Positions 1-12,500 of a DNA stretch of 64,000 nt are shown piece after piece. The stretch spans positions 13,144,001 to 13,208,000 of the forward strand of contig NC_042997.1 in assembly GCF_006345805.1 (NCBI RefSeq), given 5' to 3'. The notes under the pieces are model-generated. The model saw nothing but the letters and a program-made list of their open reading frames with translations, was not told the DNA's origin and did no database searches. The translations under genes and the position numbers were made by a program. Source of the stretch: Octopus sinensis. Lineage: Eukaryota. The number at the start of each line of letters is the position of its first letter. The stretch's first letter is position 1.

Positions 1-1458
1 AAGTGCTCCTACCAGCACCAAAAGCCATGGAGATGAAAGAGCCAAAAAAGAAATAAAAGGAGGAAAACTAAAAGAAAAACAAAAGATGAAACAGTCAAAG
101 AAGGAAAAACTAAAACTCAAACAAAACCAAAAAATGAAACAGCCAAGGATAGAAGCAAACCTGACTATCCATGTACGAAAAAGGATGGAAACAGACAGCG
201 CACACGGGTGTGTAGGTTCTACCTGAGAGGTGTCTGCTGGCATGGAGAGGAAGGTGCAGGCTGCCGTTTTGCACATCGGGGACCCTGCCGCAGAAACACG
301 AAACAAGTCAGAAACCAACTACCAAAAGGAAAAGGGATGGACCACGCACCACCTGCTCCAAAACGGAGGTACGCAGATGTGGTGCGTGCTACAAACCGCC
401 AACATGTTATTGAAAGGGCAGCTGCTGAACAAGAAACTTTTTTGTGCATGGCACAAAAGATTGTACAGCAGCTAACCTGGCTACATCAAACTCAAACTTG
501 CAGATGGGACTATCCACAATACACAAGACCACCACAGCAAATAGACCCAAGGTGGACACCACCGGCAACAGCATACACCTCACCCCGATGCTCCTACTGA
601 ACATCAGAGGACTGCTAACACTCAGTAACAGGACAAAAATCCCGTTCTTGAGAGACTTTGTTGCATGCAATCAAGCCCTATGCATAGCACTTACGGAAAC
701 ACACCTGAAACCGGACATAGCAGATGCGGAAATACACATACCACATTATGTTGTACTGCGGACCGACAGAAAAGAAAGGAGTCATGGAGGAGTTGCTATG
801 TACATCCGTGAGGACCTCACACCCCAGGTCCTTTTGTCACACTCAAATTCGGTGTGTGACACACTAATTGTACATATAAGGCAACTTAGTGTAGTTATAT
901 GTGCTACATATCGCCCTCCAGATGTCCCAAGCCATGTAGGCAAGTTTGAAGACTGCCTTATAAAAATAGAAGTTCTAGTCACATTAGAACAACACATAAG
1001 TGTACTTCTTATGAGAGACTTCAATCTGCCCAATGTCAGATGGCCCGAGGGCCTGCCTGAAAATAAAACTGTTGGAAGTTGAAAAATGTCTGCAACTCTC
1101 CCATGAAAAAGAAAGAGCAGACAAAGAAGCCTGGGCTATAGACAACATAAAATCTAACCCCAGAGCTTTCTACAGGTATGCCAAAGAAACGGCTACGGTG
1201 CACTGTAGGATAGAGCCACTCCTTGAAAAGGATGGCACACTCACAGGAAATCCAATGAGGGTAAGTGAAATACTAAATGAGCAATTCAAGAGTATTTTCA
1301 CGCCACCCCTAGGGCATTTTCAAGTCAGCAATCCAACTGACTTCTTTACCACTGCAGATATAAAATCGGAGGCAGCAATGATTGATTACATCAATATAAA
1401 GGAAGACGATGTAATAAAGGCTATTGATGAAATGAAAACAAACTCAGCTACTGGCCCA
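1..1458 (+). mobile_element. CR1/L2-group non-LTR retrotransposon fragment (ORF1 3' part + ORF2 APE and linker), internally deleted and lacking RT
   Basis: CCCH-finger ORF1 overlaps an ORF2 with APE motifs (LLLNIRGL, IALTETHL, GGVAMY, YRPP, DFNLP) followed by IKSNPRAFYRYAK and NSATGP pre-RT motifs; the element continues off the left edge. Confidence 0.85.
37..600 (+). pseudogene. LINE ORF1 C-terminal part with a C-x7-C-x8-C-x3-H zinc finger
   Basis: Frame open from 37 to TGA at 598-600; K/T-rich region, then CRFYLRGVCWHGEEGAGCRFAH. Confidence 0.7.
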
Positions 1459-1482
1459 CTAAATTCATTAGCTTATAGTTAG
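588..1482 (+). pseudogene. LINE ORF2 AP endonuclease and linker, frameshifted at an internal deletion near 1058
   Basis: ATG at 588 (MLLLNIRGL); ORFs 444..1082 and 1033..1482 are two collinear pieces; the APE C-terminal part is missing. Confidence 0.8.
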
Positions 1483-1764
1483 CTTACATACAATTCAGCA
1501 GCTTACAATTCATTAGCTTACAGCTGTTTCCGTTATAACATGCAATGTACATATTTGGGTGCTTGTGTAGTAAATTATTGCTGCATGCAGTTTTTCAAAA
1601 ATGAAACGCAGTTTATTCGGGAAAGCATTCACAAGAATATATGCACCAAAAAGTATTACCAGACAAAACGGCATAAACACATTTAGGAAGTGAAGGAGTT
1701 TGAGGGATAGAAGCTCTATCCCCCAAAAGTAGATTGTGATAAATTTTATCTATCTATCTCTCAC

Positions 1765-1768
1765 TTTC

Positions 1769-1800
<32 letters not shown>

Positions 1801-1850
1801 CGAGAGAGAGAAGGAGAGAGAGAGAGAGAGAGAGTTGTGTGTGTGTGTAA
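1765..1850. repeat. (TG)n-(AG)n compound microsatellite
   Basis: Direct reading. Confidence 0.95.
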
Positions 1851-2337
1851 AAATAGGTATATGAAAAACACTTCTAATAAAAGTAAAAACGGAAACGTAA
1901 AAATACAACTGGGAAAGGAGATAGAAAGTGACAGAATCTAAGTCGATAAGAGATAGAAACTGAAAGCTTTATAAGGATCATAAAGATTCTTCTACATAAC
2001 TATCCTGGCCAGATTGACGATAAGTAACGAGCGGGTCGACGAGAGTATGTTAAGGGGAGGAGGTATATTACACATAACAGCGTGTTTGTGTGTGTATATT
2101 TGCATATATGTAGATAGAGAGAATAAGAGCCGTTAAGTCATATACATATATTTATATAACTTTATATATATACATACACGCAAGAAATTATATATACGTT
2201 CACGCGCGCGCACACGCACACACATATATACATATGTATATCACTTTGACCGACTAGTCCGTCAGGTGTCCATTTGACACCGCTGGTCACAGCACGCTGT
2301 CCACTCCTCTCTGGATCGTGCAGCACAGCACAGCACA

Positions 2338-2343
2338 TATGTA

Positions 2344-2418
<75 letters not shown>

Positions 2419-2562
2419 TAGATAGATAGATAGATAGATGATAGATAGATAGATGATAGATAGATAGATAGATGATAGATAGATAGATTAGATAGATAGA
2501 TAGATAGATAGACTGACAGATAGATAGATAGATAGATATATAGATAGACTGACAGATAGATA
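2338..2562. repeat. (TA)n followed by (TAGA)n microsatellite
   Basis: Direct reading. Confidence 0.95.
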
Positions 2563-2842
2563 TAGTAGAATCATCAAAGGAAAATTATTGGAACATGCAA
2601 AATTATAAACAAATAAGCTCATGAAATATGTTCATGGATACATTTAAGGTTATATAAAGACAATCATACGTATTAAGCGTATATCTATATTCCTATATGT
2701 GTATATGCATCTAGATGCATAAATATGCAGATGTAGGCATATAGACAATTCGCAATCTCATATTTACATATATATAATTTTGTGTGCCTGCTTGTGTGTG
2801 TGTATCTGAGTGTGTATGTTTCTTTATATTAGCATTACGTCA

Positions 2843-3005
2843 CCCACCATCGCTGGGCGATCGGTATTGTCTTTACGTCTCCGTAACTTAGCGTTTCAGT
2901 ATAATGAAACGACGAAATAAGTACCAAGCTTAAAATGAATAAGCCCTAGTGCAATTATTTCGACAACAAAACTTTTTAAAGCCGTGCCCCTGCGTGGCCA
3001 GAGTG
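2843..3005 (+). mobile_element. Degraded 3' half of SINE family A
   Basis: ccaccatcgct...ccgtaacttagcg...aataagtac...aaagccgtgccc is a diverged match to the 3' half of the copy at 46919-47343. Confidence 0.55.
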
Positions 3006-3253
3006 TAATTACTAAAGCAAGTAAATACAAAAGCGCGAGTGCACACAGACATGAGCACAGGGATAGAGTGATCGCAAGGCGTAAGGTTCATTGATAGCCG
3101 TTTAAAAACACAAAGACTGTTAACTTCCCATAAAAAAAAATTATTATATGTTGTTAAACCCTTCCTCCCCCGTATTGTAACCTGGTCACTGACGACATTA
3201 TACTGCATCTAGGATTCTAATGAGAGTCATGCTCGTCTATATATATATATATA

Positions 3254-3629
3254 CTAGCAGTATCGCCCGGCGTTGCTCGGGTTTGTAAGGGAAATAACTA
3301 TAAAGCATTTTTAGAGAGTTATAGCCAAATAACAGCAAAAAATGCATTAAAATTGGAAAAGAAATTATGGTAATTTTTTTTTTAAATCGTTGACTCATCG
3401 TAGACATTTTTAGAGAGTTAGATCCCTTTATTTAAAAAATATGCTTTAAAATGGAAAAACATTATGGTAAATTATTTTTAAAATCGTAGACTCATCGTAG
3501 ACGCGCGCTAATACCCAGAAGGGCTCGATATGAATCACGACTATAAGATAGCCGGTTTTGGTTAAACTGCACCGCAAAATGTGGGAGTAGTTAGGAATCT
3601 AAATTGTAGTAGACAGACACTCACACAAC
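3254..3629 (-). mobile_element. Non-autonomous Helitron, 5' end eroded
   Basis: On the minus strand it ends cccgagcaacgccggg (hairpin) cgatactg CTAG|T; highly similar to 17801-18194. Confidence 0.8.
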
Positions 3630-3779
3630 ATATATATATATATATTTATATTTAATGTAGGATAAAATTTTTTCGAAAAAAAAGCATTTTATCAATGGCC
3701 AGCATATTAAAAAATACCTTTAAAGGTTAAAATTATAAATAACTTATAAATAAGGGTAAACGAAATAATTGAATAGGCT

Positions 3780-4088
3780 GGAATATTTCTATTTTGGATG
3801 TATTTGGGGTACTTAGTTGTGCTCATGACTTAGTGTTTTGCTTCTTCCGTGGGTATGAGAAAGTATCTCATTTATTTCTTTACCACATTTATCACTGACG
3901 AAGGGAGGGTTCTTACGAACTAACCCTGAAATCGGTCCGTTATGGTAATAATGGATTTCTTTAGAAATTTCTGTCGACCTTTTTTCGAGTAGCGTGCGTA
4001 TTGTGAAAAATTATATGGTTATGGACAATATGTCCAATTTCGGCATATTTGGCATTAGAAACTCTTTCGTTTGCCCTTATTTATAAGT

Positions 4089-4090
<2 letters not shown>
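3780..4090 (+). mobile_element. Penelope-like terminal (pLTR-type) fragment abutting (TA)n
   Basis: Carries a hammerhead motif at 3889-3948 and ends at the (TA)n array at 4091; left boundary approximate. Confidence 0.55.
3889..3948 (+). ncRNA. Type I hammerhead ribozyme candidate with intact core
   Basis: Stem I UUAUCA/UGGUAA; CUGACGA 3895-3901; stem II AGGG...CCCU; GAAA 3928-3931; near-palindromic stem III AUCGG-U-CCGUU; predicted UUA cleavage after 3942. Confidence 0.65.
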
Positions 4091-4306
<216 letters not shown>

Positions 4307-5001
4307 GTAAAATCGATAAAATATATACAGTGAACTTGAACTTGATGTGCAGAATTAAAAATCCAACTTTTGAGAAAGTTTTTCTTGAGGGAATTTTTAA
4401 AAGGGCAGAAATTAATGAGAGACGGTAGAATTTTACATTCTCCAAGTTCACAACAAAATATCGCTGCAATATGTAAGGAACGCAGGACAACGTGAACTTC
4501 GTACATTAGCAAGTAGTGTTAGAAAACACAATGTGAGAAGATAGAAGGCAAACGAACTGAAACGAGGGTAAACAGAGAAAAGCAAGACTGAGATACAGGG
4601 AAAAAGATAGTGCAAGAGGGAAATAGAAGTATTACACGATGACGTACAGATTCATTCATGATACATTCTAGCGGATCTGAAAGTGAATTAGCTAATCGCT
4701 GTTTTATTTGTCTTTGAAGTATAGCTTCTTCAGATAAATGTATGTTTTTAGCACATTCGAATCTGAAAAGAAATCTGCAAATTCACCAAGAGGGTATGCA
4801 GTGGTGTTAGCATATTAATGTTCGACCTGCCAAACGTAAGGAATACGAAAGCCATCGCTATTATTTTCATTGTTCACTGTGCACTTGATGATTTATTATA
4901 TTTATTATCTTTAAATTTATATAAATGCATACTCATAGAAACATGGACGAATGAATATTCCCACATAAACAATTATACATATGCACAAATACATACATAC
5001 T

Positions 5002-5041
<40 letters not shown>

Positions 5042-5698
5042 TACATTTGAGCAGGTATTATATACACAACTATATTTCTGTGATTTTTTTCTGTTTTGTT
5101 AATAGATATATTTAATAGTTCTTTGTGTTTATTAAACAACATTGAAATTCAGTTAGGTTTAATGATTTATTTATGTTTGATATAGCCGAGTTTAGTTTAT
5201 TACTATATTTGTTATTTGTAATTTCTTTTAATTTATTTTCTGTATCTTGCCTGCGCTCCTATATTAAGTTTTTCATTATCTCTGTGGTCTCATCATCATT
5301 TTTTTGTAAGTATAAATTTATCAAACAACATTTGAACGCGAACAGCCAGATACTACCTCAATCGTTATTAGCGGCTCACATCTTACTACGACCTTCATTA
5401 GAATCCTATCTATATGCTGTCATTGCACAGTTACTGATGGTATTAGTGGCAAAGAATAGGGATATTTCATTCGGAGTTGAAACTTAGAATTTATTCTAAC
5501 TGCGTGACGTTTCTACAATTTATAGACTTTGTATGTGCATGTGCCTGCGTACCTGTGCATGCGTGTGCATGCGTCTGTATGTATGTCTGCTAATTTATCT
5601 GTAAGAAACATTCTTATTTCAGTTCTAAATTATTTATATATATATATATATATACACATATATATGTATATACATTCATATATATATATGTATATATA

Positions 5699-5839
5699 TT
5701 ATTATACTCAGTAGGGTAGTTGCCACGCAATAACCAACACTTACTTGTGTATTAATAAGATATTCTACCTGCAGTATATTGGATAGATACTATCCCTTAG
5801 TTGGTTGGATTCACATCTAACTTACTTTCTTATGTATGC

Positions 5840-5887
<48 letters not shown>

Positions 5888-6030
5888 GTGTGTGTGTGTG
5901 TGTGTGTGTATTATTATACTCAGTAGGGTAGTTGCCGCGCAATAACCAAAACTTACTTGTGTATTAAAAGATATACTATCCCTTGGTTGGATTCACAACC
6001 TCTAATTTACTTTCTTATGTATGCATGTAT
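5699..6030. repeat. Tandem duplication of a 120-147-bp unit separated by (TA)n(TG)n
   Basis: 5699-5845 vs 5911-6030 share attatactcagtagggtagttgcc...ttactttcttatgtatgcatg; copy 1 has about 26 extra nt. Confidence 0.9.
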
Positions 6031-7181
6031 ATATATATATATATATATATGATATTAAAAATTCGGGAGAGAATCAGGTACTTTAACTTCTAAACACTAT
6101 CTTTAGTCGAATAAATATTCTGGATACTGAAGTACCTTCAGTGAAATATTCAGTTTATGCATACAGACAATTTCACCCTTACGAGTGTTTAACGCATAAG
6201 AGCTGGTCGAAAGAGCACGTTGTACGGCTTCGCTGCGTGTTTGATATACTCCAGAATGTCAGACGGGTCGGGATTCCATTTTGGTGGATCATAAGCAAAT
6301 AAATAAATAACAAATGATGAATGAATGTCAGTCCATTACAGCTGCTTCTAACGCATTTTAATAAATGGATGAGTGCATTACATCATAGCAAAAAAAAAAA
6401 CTGTTTTCATTAGATGATACAAAAAATTTTAAGCAATAGAAGAACAATCAATGAACTTAGTAGGAATACGCCTAGACTCGAACCAAAGCTAGACTGAAAT
6501 GAGAGACCAAACATAAGGCTGTAATGACCAATAAAAGAGCTAGAAAGACATTAAAAGTTTACTTAGTGAGTAGCGGTAAGAGAAGAGTTATAGCCACCAT
6601 ATCGGTTAATGAGCATATCTAATAATTATCAGTTCCAACGCTTTCCCACTCACATTTCGAAATCACCTTCTCCCATACTTCCCCTTAAATTCTGAATTCT
6701 CCTTCCTCTTTAATTTTAATTTTAGAGAAGTATATGAGGCACTCATATCGAATGTTTAATTGCCTTTTAACTGCCATTTAATTACTTTATCCTGGGTTCA
6801 AATCTTCCTATTCACATTTCAAATCCTAGTGTAATAAGATGTATATCATAAAGACACATATATAATTAACTATTAGTCGTCTTTATATTTTGATAAGGAA
6901 CCAGACTACTCCGATCTACTCTCTAACTGGTATGGAGGCTCTAAATCTTCTCTTACCCATACCCGCTAACTGAATTCGCAATGGTTTTGTAGTTCTTATA
7001 TTGGTCATTATAACCTTATGTTCTTTCTCTCACTCCAGGCCAATTTGGGCGGGAATTTAGGCGTGTACCTATTGTATTCATGGTAAACACATTACCTTAT
7101 TTAATATTGACGAAACACGTGCAAAATTAGGTACCAATCTTTGGTCGAAACATATCTAAGTTTATATATATATATATATAT

Positions 7182-7460
7182 AGTTAATCCAAACAAGAAA
7201 ACACAGAAAAAAAAGAGAGAAAAAAAACACAGCAACGCAGGACGGGGAACAATTAAAGTATTATTGACGCTCAGGAAAGAAGGGAAGGAGGGTTTAACGT
7301 TTCGAGCGGAGCTCTTCGTCGAAAACAAGGAGAAGGAAAGATCCCAAGAAGGGAAGACAGAGGAAAAAATATTTGAGCTGGTGGTGCTCAAGAGATCACA
7401 TGTTGAAAGAACAGAAGTTGGGAGGTAGTCGAATCATGGTTTTTAAAAGCAAGAGAGTTT
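7182..7460 (-). mobile_element. Penelope-like terminal fragment abutting (TA)n
   Basis: Hammerhead-like motif at 7292-7326; related to the 15188-15360, 15507-16030 and 26300-26452 tails. Confidence 0.55.
7292..7326 (-). ncRNA. Minimal hammerhead-like motif with variant core
   Basis: Minus strand GUUU-UCGACGA-A-GAGC-UCC-GCUC-GAAACGUU-AAAC; palindromic ACGU stem III. Confidence 0.45.
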
Positions 7461-7469
7461 CAAAAAAGG

Positions 7470-7508
7470 AATGTGTGTGTGTGTGTGTGTGTGTGTGCAA
7501 GGATGACA

Positions 7509-7543
<35 letters not shown>

Positions 7544-8128
7544 ATTTTTGGTGAATAATAAGCAATGACAAAGTCAGCTGTCATAAGGCACTCCTTTATG
7601 ACTACTAGCTGTTTGTATCAAGCCAGGTCAAAGCCAGGTCAAAAAACAAAGAGCTATATGTATCATGTGTGTGTGTTGTTCGTAGTGTGTGTGTGTGTGT
7701 GCATGTGTGTGTTCGTGTGTGTATGCGTAGAGTGTGGGTGTGTGGCGAGTAACTGCTTCACCTAGTACGTGTGTGCGTGTGTGCTTGTACGTGCGTGTGT
7801 GTGTAGGGATGTATGTGTGGGTTCATTTGTGTGAGAGTGTATGTATGTACGTGTATGTGTGTGCGTGTATGTGTGCGTTTGTATGTGTTTGTGTGTATGT
7901 GTGCGTGCGAGTGAATGTATGTATATATGTGTGCGTGTGTGTACAATGTAGAGGCTTATATGTGTGTTTATATGTGTGTGTGTATGTATGTGTGTATGTG
8001 TGTATGTGTGTGTATGTGTATGTATGTATGTATATGTATGCGTGTGTGTATGTATGTATGTGTGTATGTGTGTGTGTATGTGTGTATGTATGCGTGTGTG
8101 TATGTATGTATGTGTGTATGTGTGTGTG

Positions 8129-8162
<34 letters not shown>
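7470..8162. repeat. Long complex (TG)/(TATG)/(TA) low-complexity tract
   Basis: Direct reading. Confidence 0.9.
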
Positions 8163-8163
<1 letters not shown>

Positions 8164-8187
8164 GCGCAGGATTGGCTGTGTGGTAAG
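8163..8187 (+). mobile_element. SINE family A, 5' tip only
   Basis: ggcgcaggattggctgtgtggtaag matches the start of 46919. Confidence 0.6.
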
Positions 8188-8944
8188 TGTATATATATGG
8201 TAATTATATATGATATTTTTAGTTTCCATGGACCTAAAGTTCATAGTATGGTAGGCTCGTGTCTAAGGTACTATGATGTGAGTTTGAACTTGAAACGACT
8301 TGAATGGAGAGTAAACTTTGTAATCATGGATACATTTCGGCAGAATACCAGTATATATATATGTGTTTGTGTGTGTGTGTGTGTTTGAGTGTGGTTGTGT
8401 GTCTGTGTGTGTGTATCTGTATCTGTGTGTGTGTGTGTGCTTGTATGTACAAATATGTATGTATTTCTTTTTTAAACATACACACTGTATAGCGATATTT
8501 TTATGAATATTTGTTTGCATTTGTATACATTTTGTTTGTGTGCCTGTGATATATGTATTAAATCATCACTCATATGAATCCATTTATAATACGGTAAACC
8601 GTATTGCTTTATGGGAATATACTCAGCATATTCATGAGTGTAAGAAACGTAAATATGAAATCATTCATTTATTAAAGTTTCAAACTACGTTTAATTAATG
8701 CGTTTTTAACATACTTGAAATGCACAGAATATTTCCAGTGTCTTTAGAAACAAACAATATATGTTGTAATTTTTGTTTTTCTTCCCTTTTTCTCACCTGA
8801 AAATAACATTTATATAACGATTTCGGAAACATGATCAAATTTCTATAAGAAATATAGAAAACAATGACGCAAATTACGTTACTGCAGCTGCAGCTCTTCC
8901 TGATGTTGTTACCGTTTATAGTGGTATCGTTGAAGCTAGTTGTT

Positions 8945-9170
8945 CATGCGGTGGTGGTGGTGGTGGTGGTGGTGATGCTGTTGCTGCTGATGATGATGGG
9001 GTCGTAATAATAATGACGGTGTGGAATGGTGGGTTCTGTGACTGTTGGTGGGTGGTTGCAGTTATGTTGAAATTTCAGGTGATGATGGACAGCGGTTGTA
9101 ATTATAACGTTGTTGTTATTGGTGGTTGCAGTGGTGGTAATGTTGGTGCTAATAGAATTGTTGTTTTTGA
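8945..9170. repeat. Degenerate (GGT)/(GAT)/(GTT) trinucleotide tract
   Basis: Direct reading. Confidence 0.85.
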
Positions 9171-9508
9171 AAGTTGAAGACAACATTTTATGGTAAGATT
9201 TAGGAACAAAAGTTTATCTTAGATGATACTTTTTGATTATGTATTTCAAAAAAACCTGTAGGTTATCATGGGCAAGATATAGAGATGTTAAAATGTAAAT
9301 TAAAAGCTATGATAATCATAATGTTGGTAATATGGTGTAAGGATTGAAGACGTAAAAAAAAACAAGGCAAATAATCTTGAAAACATCATGGTTAGGAACG
9401 CTAAGGAGAACAATAATGAGTACCGCATTATTGGTGATTACTAAGTGATATTGATGATTATTACTTAATGATCATAACGATATCGACGTCGGAATATATG
9501 ATGACAAC

Positions 9509-9509
<1 letters not shown>

Positions 9510-9557
<48 letters not shown>

Positions 9558-9585
9558 CAACGACGACTACGACGACGAGGAGGAG
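9510..9585. repeat. (GAT)n/(GAC)n microsatellite
   Basis: Direct reading. Confidence 0.9.
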
Positions 9586-12500
9586 GTATATAAATGTACT
9601 GAAAAACAACATCTTAGAATTATATGGGTTATCGTTTGGAAAAGAGAAATCATATTCGTGAAAGTAAACGATATATTTTTAATTACTCTAATCAGATTGA
9701 CAAATATAACCAGAGAACAGAAATTTGGTATACACACAGAAGTGAAAGAAAATCATGCCTAAGGTCTTAATGCTACTCCTAGATAGCAATTTTATTTGAT
9801 CATATGGTCCACACCCTTGACACATGGAATCATTAAATGCATCAGAAGGTAGACATGTTTAAGGATCAATAGATGTTGAATACCTTGTGTTCAAATCACA
9901 CAATGCTCGTGTTGTTCCTTCCTATAAAATGTTATGTACTAATGTCCGTGTAAATAAAAACCAAAGTATTGAATTCTTATTCTAGTCTTTGGCACTTTGG
10001 TATAACATTTTCATCAGGGCAATATTAAACGTGTTATGATTCATTTTGAATCCCATAAATTGTGTATAAGCTACATAGTATACGACAGACACTGATCTGG
10101 CCTAAAGAGGTGACTGTTAATAGTTCAAAATGCTGCAAAGTATTTAATTTTGTTTTTGAAATGGAGTCTGTATAACTGTGGGGCTACATTTACCGAGCTA
10201 CGAATATTTATAAGCGGCACATCTGACAATCGCTTTCCTTTCTATACTAATACAGAAAATCAACACGAAATCGAACAACATAATGTTCTCATTAGTTCAA
10301 CAGTATATGTTTCTAGATTATATATATTTGAAAAAAAACTCTGTAGATAGTTGTATTATATATGCTATTATCTAGCATATGATATAATACATATATATGT
10401 GCGTTTGTGTGTGTGTGCGTGTATGATGGGAGGTTAAGAAAGAAACGTCTCAAAGTTAGCAGTTTATCAAGCAGGGATCTATGAAATAAATGCTAGATTG
10501 CAATACGTACTGAGGTCAGTATGATCAATTAAATTTTTGAAGGTGATACCCCATTATGGCGACAGTCGAAAGACGAAACCCAGTAAAATAATGTTTCAAG
10601 ATTTAATGGCTTCAAATTTGAGGTAATGAATTTATAACCACAAAATAATGACTTCAAAACTTCATATTGAACTTCCACTCTATACGATAACAGTACATGT
10701 ACATCTCAGTATACTTGACTTCCAACAATTAACAATTGTAATTTGAAGTTGAATGGTTAGCACTACGAACGTTGTCCATATTTTTAAAAATTATTGTGCA
10801 AAATATTCTGAGAAAAATTATATTTTTACCACAACAAAACACAGAGAGAGAGAGAATGACGGAGACAGAGAGAGTGAGGGAGACAGAAAGAGAGAGATGG
10901 AGGTGTCTCTGTGGTAAATTGAGCTACAACAAATAGCTGCCAATTTCTCTTAAAACACATCTTCTTCATCAAAAGGAAGACACAAATTTATAGTATTTCA
11001 AGAAGGGGAAAAAACAAAAAAACTATGCGATGTGTCTGCTACATCAGAAGAAACTGGGCAAATCAAAACACATTAAACACTTCACATTAAAAGAGTATCT
11101 ACTAAATAATACTAATAAAGTTGACGGTACATTTCCGAAGTTTCATTCCCTGGTATTTTAATATTGTATTTTAATATTGTTCAAGCAGAGTTGCCACCCT
11201 TAGGTAAAGACCTCAAAATTGTGCGACCTGACGTCGTTTTCGAGATTATGTTTCTAGTACAAAAAAAGAAGAGTTTTTGTGCAAATAACATACTTTATTT
11301 GGTAGTCGAAAGATTATTAAAATCGAAAACTCAATTTTCGAATCCATACGGAATATGCGCACACACACAAACTCTCCGTAGTTGTTTTAATACTAGAAAT
11401 ATCAGACACTATACCGAAATTATATTCTACAGTTTTCAAAAGTTGTATATGAAACAATGAAATCTTAGATACACAAAAAGATAGGATGATCATGGTTTGA
11501 ATATCTTGAATTCTAAGATTGTTTGAATAGCACTCATGTGAAGATGCTCGGCATTAAACATGTCGCAACATACTCTTCCCTAATACAAAACATTCCATTC
11601 ACTATTTTGACTTATCTTTGTTGATAATACAAAACTCTTAGTTCAACTTAGGTGCACCACTCACAGTTTTCCCTTGGAAAACAGAGACAAAAACATTTTA
11701 TTTCACTCACTGGAACTCTCCATTTACTGTCCTAATATTCTGTCTGTTGTTCCTAAACAGTGGCATTAATCTCATCTCAGCTCTTACTGAAATCATAGGT
11801 TGCAATATAGACAAATATTTCTGTCTTTTGCAGCCGTCACAACCCAAAACAGTGGAACCTTGAATAAATTGTCATCCTTAAATGTTTATCCCGTTTAGTA
11901 ATTACATCAATCTTTATGCTGCTGAACGTCTGCAAACACTTTAAATACCCTTGACCTTTCACAAATCTGTTCACTAAGCCATCAGAATCCAAATTCATAC
12001 AAATGGACACGTTTTGTATGCAGCTAAATGACCAAACTTCCGTCACTTTAGTACTGACTATTCGCATTTGTTTTTTCACTCCTAATTTAATGAGATGGCG
12101 CAGCGTATGACCAAGAAACCTCATCTGCCGCATGTCCTTCTAAAACCTTCAGAGAACAAACTCCACTTACCTAAAATGGCCCAGTCTCAGCACTGCGACA
12201 GCAGCATTGGTGTTTTACTGATAACAATAAACATAATCTAAAGAAAACTGATAATACTAATGATGGTGCTCATTTGAAAAAATCTTAAAAGAATCTTTGG
12301 AAACAATCGAGAACTAATCTTATAAAGACTGCCATTATGAATTGTATATTTTTTTCTTTATAACATCTTTTGAATGCTTTAATAGTAAACATACATTTTT
12401 ATAATCTTCGGGTGAATAACTTAGCGTGCTGACTTCATAATATCTTTTATAATTATTTATTGGTTTAGCATGACATATGTCATTTCTTCCTATTATGCAT

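Noticed and set aside
6110-6156. ctgaag/cttcag hairpin with flanking aatatt near (TA)n
   Set aside because: Neither strand gives A9 plus GAAA plus stem I; at most a decayed tail
11837-12240. ORF RQMRFLGHTLR and a minus-strand ag|gtaagt donor near 12170
   Set aside because: Only a short RTE-like motif; candidate exons close in all frames
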